Below are positions 57,346 through 64,000 of a DNA stretch of 64,000 nucleotides, piece by piece (position 1 is the stretch's first letter; the number at the start of each line of letters is the position of its first letter). The stretch spans positions 65,720,001-65,784,000 of the forward strand of contig OX597819.1 in assembly GCA_951406725.2 (NCBI GenBank). The letters are read 5' to 3'. The stretch is from Octopus vulgaris. Taxonomy: Eukaryota. Below the pieces are notes generated by a model that saw nothing but the letters and a program-made list of their open reading frames with translations, had not been told where the DNA came from and did no database searches. The position numbers were made by a program, and so were the translations under genes.

Positions 57346-58221
57346 TACACGTATGTGCATGTGCGCGTTTGTGCGTGAGTTTGTGTACGTGTGTGTATGT
57401 GTTTTTGTGTCTGTGTGCCTTTGGGTGAGAGTGTTTATGTGACTGTGTATTAAATATTTTCTGATATTTGCATGATTAGGAGACGTTGGAAACGAATTAT
57501 TTCTGCATCATTTATTTCATTTATTAATTCGTTGCCTGCTTTCGTGGTATTTAGCTTGTGTGTGATAGGTTGTAGAAATCTGTATATGTGTGTAATTCTG
57601 TGTGCAAATAACTGTGTTTGCGTAGGACTGCGTACGTGAACATATCTGGTCATGCTATTTATATTGAGAACGCATTATAAATTACAATACAGTATATTAT
57701 ACATTTCTGCACGGGTGATATCAGAGCAAGCTCATATGGCCACGCATGAATTATCTGGTCAAATTACAGATGTATTCAAGCTATATTTAGACTGGATGTC
57801 TGCTTGTGCACTTATAAGAATGCTTTATATGTAATGGGGCATAAGGAAATGGTGTATGAATATAATGATGCAAAGTGCAGACACTAATTATATTCATCTA
57901 CATATTTTACTAATTATAAATTTAAACCACGCTTATGCCATCAGCGCATAGGCATAACACTTCAACAGACAGACAACACATGCAATGCCGTTAATTATAT
58001 GTGTGTGCATGTGTATATTTATCCATATGCATAGCTTTCTTTATATAAATATGCGTATGTATATGAATATATGTGTATTTGTAAATGTGAATGTGTGCAT
58101 GTGTATGTGTAGGAGTATGTGTACCGTGCGTGTGTGTGTTTGTTATATATGTATATATGTAAACATATATGAATGTGAATGTTCGTCTTCATTAATTAAA
58201 AGATATAAGTGTATATATCTA

Positions 58222-58272
<51 letters not shown>

Positions 58273-58381
58273 CCAAATATATATATACACGCATATATAT
58301 ACATATACACACATATTATTCATATATACATATGAATTCACATTTACAAAAACATACAGGCAGACAGGCCGAGAGACAGAC

Positions 58382-58418
<37 letters not shown>

Positions 58419-58443
58419 AAAAAAAATATATATATATACACAC

Positions 58444-58492
<49 letters not shown>

Positions 58493-58495
<3 letters not shown>

Positions 58496-58892
58496 CGCAG
58501 GAGTGGCTGCGTGGTAAGTAGCTTGCTAACCAACCACATGGTTCCGGGTTCAGTCCCACTGCGTGGCATCTTGGGCAAGTGTCTTCTGCTATAGCCCCGG
58601 GCCGACCAATGCCTTGTGAGTGGATTTGGTAGACTGAAACTGAAAGAAGCCTGTCGTATATATGTATATATATATATATATGTATGTATGTGTGTGTGTG
58701 TTTGTGTGTCCCCCTAGCATTGCTTGACAACCGATGCTGGTGTGTTTACGTCCCCGTCACTTAGCGGTTCGGCAAAAGAGACCGATAGAATAAGTACTGG
58801 GCTTACAAAGAATAAGTGCCGGGGTCGATTTGCTCGCCTAAAGGCGCTGCTCCAGCATGGCCGCAGTCAAATGACTGAAACAAGTAAAGAGT
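58493..58892 (+). mobile_element. SINE family B, full length
   Basis: GGCGCAGGAGTGGCTG head through ATGACTGAAACAAGTAAAGAG tail. Confidence 0.92.
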
Positions 58893-58941
58893 ATATACAC
58901 AATATATATACACAATATATATATATATATATATATATATA

Positions 58942-59270
58942 CCAATTAAGGACTGAACACGAAAAGTGGACAGTCAACATGCTAGATATAGACGTCAAAT
59001 CGTCATTCTCCACAAAAGATTATGTTCTCAGATCAAACTCAACACAAAACTGTGTTTTTTACTGAGATCTCCTTTTTAGTAGAAGAAATAGCTATAACTC
59101 TTTGACTGCTATTTCTAAATTCGGTCTGTGGTAAGGCAATTCGTTGCTAAACCCTTTATTGCTTAGTATTACTTAAATTTTCCTCGAACGAGGCTTTTAC
59201 ATGCCGAAGACTACTTGGTGTAATTGATAATTATTCCAAATTAATTAATTTCACCCTTCATTATATACAC
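58942..59270. mobile_element. Element between (TA)n tracts sharing both end types with 16101-16268
   Basis: First 63 bp identical to 16101-16163; the right end CTACTTGGTG...TTTCACCCTT is similar to 16210-16260. Confidence 0.6.
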
Positions 59271-59306
59271 AATATATATATATATATATATGTAATGTAT
59301 ACAGAT

Positions 59307-59366
<60 letters not shown>

Positions 59367-60344
59367 AGGGGGAAGAAAGATAAAAATTATATACCCTTCA
59401 TCTTTTAAACTTCGGAATATATTTTGAACTTCTTGTGTTTTGCTATCTGTCATCGGCTTAATATTTTCGAACCAGCGATAAGCACTGACCATTAAAAGCT
59501 TTGTCTGAGTTTAGAAGTCATTTTGAGATATTTCAGAGTATATATGTATATGTTGTTTGACGTAAATTTACATTTGAACTGTTGAATGTCATAGGCCAGG
59601 CCGTCTGAATATTGCTGTTACAAAGTTATAAGCGTTATATTTATTTTGACCTGTTGTAAAAAGGCTGCAACATAAAGTGATGGAAAATAAAATTACTAGC
59701 ATTCAATCTATCAATATAATTAGAAAACGGCTCTGTTCAGCAAAAGTTATTCTAATTTAGTAGAAGCAACCTTGTCTAAGCTATAGCGAAATACATCAGA
59801 GACGTTTTTTTGCGGGGTTTTTTTTTCTTGTTTTTTGGCTTGGCTTTGCAGTATAAAGGTTTGTTGTTGTTGTTGTTGTCGTCGTCGTCGTTGTCATCGT
59901 TTCTCTGAAATAAGTGGCTGTTTGCACACGTGGCCTTGCAGACACATCGAGGCTAGTTCGATTGACATGACTGATTCTCTCTTTGGAAAACTACACGAAA
60001 AAGATAGGTTAGTGCAGTGGATTCCTTGAAGCTGAGGATAAGGGGAGAAAGAACAGGTGTGGAAAAGTAGCTGATAAGTTATTTAGAGAAAGGGACACAA
60101 CAGAACTGAAGAAAGTAGATGAAGGAATACAAAAGAGCTGGAGAACGAAGTAGAGATTAGAAAGTAGGAAATCATCTTATCAGACAAACATTAGCTAAGA
60201 ATAATATTTCGGAATAAAACTATCGCGTTATTGATTAATAAGCTATAAGACGGGGATTACAGAAGATTAAATCAACAATCTATATTCTACAGTTATGTAA
60301 GTTGTACTTAGCAGAAGTAACATAAATTATAGAAAATCTCTGTA

Positions 60345-60468
60345 TGACTGGAACTCTGAGTGACTGGAACTCTGTGTGACTGGAACTCTGTGTGACTGGA
60401 ACTCTGTGTGACTGGAACTCTGTGTGACTGGAACTTTGTGTGACTGGAACTCTGTGTGACTGGAACTC
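60345..60468. repeat. 16-bp minisatellite TGACTGGAACTCTGTG, about 7.7 copies
   Basis: Seven full units (two with one substitution) and a partial unit; no spacers. Confidence 0.95.
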
Positions 60469-61444
60469 ACTGCCAGCTTCGGACGTCACAGAAATCAACA
60501 CGAAATATCTTTCTCTCTTTCCACTGTATCAACCTTGCAGAAGAGTGTTCAGTCTTTCGACTGCAGCCCACTTAATTTGCGATTGTTGTTTCATGTCTCC
60601 ATCATCATGGTTTGAACTCAATACGGGGATAATTGAAATTTCATCCTATAATATCTTCAGTTCGGAAGAATAACTGGCTTTCTTCAATCACTATTGCTAA
60701 AACACTCTCATAAAGAAACCAGAAACACACAAATATAGATTTTTCCTCCAGGCTCTAGGATTCATATGGCTGTTTACTCGGTTTCTATGACGTATAAGAA
60801 TCCGAGATCCCAATATTACCCCTGTTGCAGGGTTGAAGGCCAGCAAGTTTTTGATTTCAGGGCCAAGTCGGTAACGGTAACCCCAGTACTTGACTGATAC
60901 TTTAATTTATCAACCTCGGAGGGATGAAATTGAACCAACAACGCAAATAGCCGGTAGATATTACCCTAAGCATTTTATTCGCCGTGCTAGCGATCCTGCT
61001 ATATCTCTGATATAGTAACAACAAAACGCAAAATAAGAACTAAGCTTCCAATTTCTTCAACTGCAGCAACGCACACATCAAAAGTTACCACAGTCACGTG
61101 ACACCGTATGAGATGAGAAAAATATTGTAATGTAACTATAAGCAATTACTTTCAAAGAATGTTCTGAAATCAATAAGGTTAGAATTCCGAGTCACTTAGA
61201 ATCAACATAACAGCCAAACGATCGGTATTTCATACACTAATTGTGGTGCTGAAAAGATATATATATGCTGCATATATCTAACTGTCACATGACTCCCAAA
61301 TGGCTTAGTCCATGAGCATTTGAGGGAAGACGCTGAAGGATTTGACCACTTACTGGACGTACATGAAATCTGACTGTGATTATATAACTGTGTTTAGATT
61401 TGTAATTAAATGATAAATCACTTTAGATAGCTAATTAGTTAGTT

Positions 61445-61450
61445 AGATAG

Positions 61451-61481
<31 letters not shown>

Positions 61482-61558
61482 GATATAGACAGATAGATAG
61501 ATAGATAGATATAGACAGATAGATATAGATAGGTAAACCATGGTAACGTCAGGCAGAT

Positions 61559-61639
<81 letters not shown>

Positions 61640-61662
61640 GAAACAAATAGATAAATAGATAT
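61445..61662. repeat. (GATA)n array
   Basis: Directly visible. Confidence 0.95.
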
Positions 61663-63163
61663 AAAAAGTAACCATACTAGAGGATGGAATAGGGGCTCAT
61701 CTGAATCATACGCAGCTATTCTTGCGCCAATACATATGTGTTTGAGCGTGCACGTGTTTGTGTTAATGAAATATATGTGTACGAAACGTCATTTTCTAAC
61801 CACTGTCTCTATGAATATAAAATAGTGTGTTGGCTACGCTTCACATTTGATATGCGCTTTATATTATTTTTAGATATATATGCATACACACAGATACACA
61901 TACCTACATGCATACACATGTATGTATGTATGTATGTATGTATGTATTTGTTTGTGCTTGGGCGTAGTTATGCCAGTTTGTAACTAGATATCAAATGTTT
62001 CAGACAAAATAACTTACAAAAAATGACAATGGAGAACACTTCAATAGAAAAACTAAGGATTTTTTAATACGAAATCTGTTGAATTAAACTAAAAAAACTA
62101 ATCATTGGTAATTTTTTAAAATATGTTTACATCATACGAGAATCCAAAATCTGGAATATTTTGTTTCCAGCTTCAGTGCGGTTTTTTATACAAATCTTCA
62201 GACATAGTTTTATTTAAATTCATATTTTAGAAACAACATTTCAAATTGAAGTCAGCTGCTTCGTCTTTCCAGTTGGATTGTTGCGTTGTTTCCTACAGAA
62301 AGTACGTCTGGAAGGCAGACAACTGAAGAAGGCCATCACAAAAGTAGGCACGGGAATAGAAAAAAAGGTCGAGGTGGCTATGGTCGATAAGAAACCACAA
62401 GTGGATCCAATCCGCAGGTGAAGAATAGTTCAGTCCACGCTACTTCACTCGGGTGAAGGGGACGAAATGCTTGTAACCCTAAGATCCCTGCTGAGGATAC
62501 AAGTTTTCCAGAATTACGATTAAGTTAGAAGCGTAAAACCTCTGTGTAACTCCTACAGATTTGCATGAGGGAAAGTATCTCTGATGATTATGCCATGTAT
62601 TAAGTCATATTTGGAACACTAAGAAATGTTAGAAAACCAAGCTAAGTTTCAAGATAAATAGCAAATTTTAATATCAAATCAAAAGCAGCAGTCTGCCCTT
62701 GATATATATACCTTCATTTTCTATTCTAACCCATAATTTTATACGTCTCAACCAAATGCTCTGTATAGCACGATGAAACAATGATATTTCGGTGCCATGT
62801 TGCATTGAAGCATAATATTATTTTCCTTTTTTTTATCATAGTCCGATATGATAATTTGACTGCTCCAGCATTTCTGATGCACAATTAGCAGCTGAATGAT
62901 CGGGCGAATAAATGTAATCAAATTTTCGACCATGTATTACATAGTTTTTTTCTTGTTCATTGCTCATGCGCAGATACACATGTGTTATGTGAAGTGTGCG
63001 TGTGCATGTTTGTACGTGTGTGCGTGTATGTGCATGCTTGTGTAAGTATTTGTATAGCTTTTTTTCTTTATAAATACATATACACATGGATATTTAAAAG
63101 TATACATTTTAAAAAACAAATAAATATTTAAGCAGGTCTGACAGAGAAACAGGATACTCAATA

Positions 63164-63198
<35 letters not shown>

Positions 63199-63344
63199 GC
63201 ATGTATGTATGCATGCATGTATATATATATATATATATATATATGCATATATATATATATGTATGTATGTATGTATGTGTGTGTATATATATATATGTAT
63301 ATGTATGTATATATATATATATATATCCACAAGTTTTTTATTCT

Positions 63345-63619
<275 letters not shown>

Positions 63620-64000
63620 CATCATCATTATTATTATCGTTACCTCTATTCGTCTTGAAATAATAAAATTTATTTGCGAGCCGAGAGTTACGTGAATGGC
63701 TCATGACAAACTGTCAGTTTAAAATAACTAGATACGAATTAAAATGTATACGTGCGTATGTGAACGTGTGTGTAGCTCTTCAAAAATTTCAGTTTGTATG
63801 AGAAAATAGTATTCAGCAGAATAAGAGAACATAGTTGACAGTATGGCTATAATGTTAACTAAATTATTTATCTTGCACCACAGTTCCATACGTCTGCGAC
63901 CGTCATTTGAACTGATGGCGTTGTTTTTATTCTAACAATTTATTGGTGGGGTGGAGGCTACAACATTCTTTTCTGCACTACAATGGGTCTTTTACTGGTA

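Noticed and set aside
60345-60468. CRISPR-like array
   Set aside because: Contiguous 16-bp units with no spacers, no cas genes, eukaryotic context
62280-62600. GC-richer block, possible old CR1/Jockey fragment
   Set aside because: No convincing motif in any frame I could read

Overview
AT-rich, microsatellite-saturated eukaryotic DNA with no intact protein-coding gene that I can support. Almost every ORF in the supplied track is translated simple repeat. The repeat families (tRNA-head SINEs, one with a CORE-like domain, plus Dong/R4, Tx1/L1, RTE, Penelope-like and mariner relics) look like an Octopus genome; this is an inference from recognition, not a search. The window is probably a long intron or gene desert. 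Recognisable relics are a 5'-truncated Tx1/L1 LINE in (GATA)n, three Dong/R4 3' ends in or next to (TAA)n, two RTE 3' ends, a near full-length dead mariner transposase, mariner/hAT/Helitron-like MITEs and a Penelope-like RT remnant. The most unusual signal is a recurring class of fold-back elements carrying hammerhead-ribozyme (HHR) core motifs head-to-head on opposite strands. The best case is 8078-8246: a perfect 48-bp palindrome and a type-I HHR on + that folds by hand. The dominant SINE also shares its 3' tail with the Tx1/L1 LINE. Family names come from motif memory and element boundaries are approximate.
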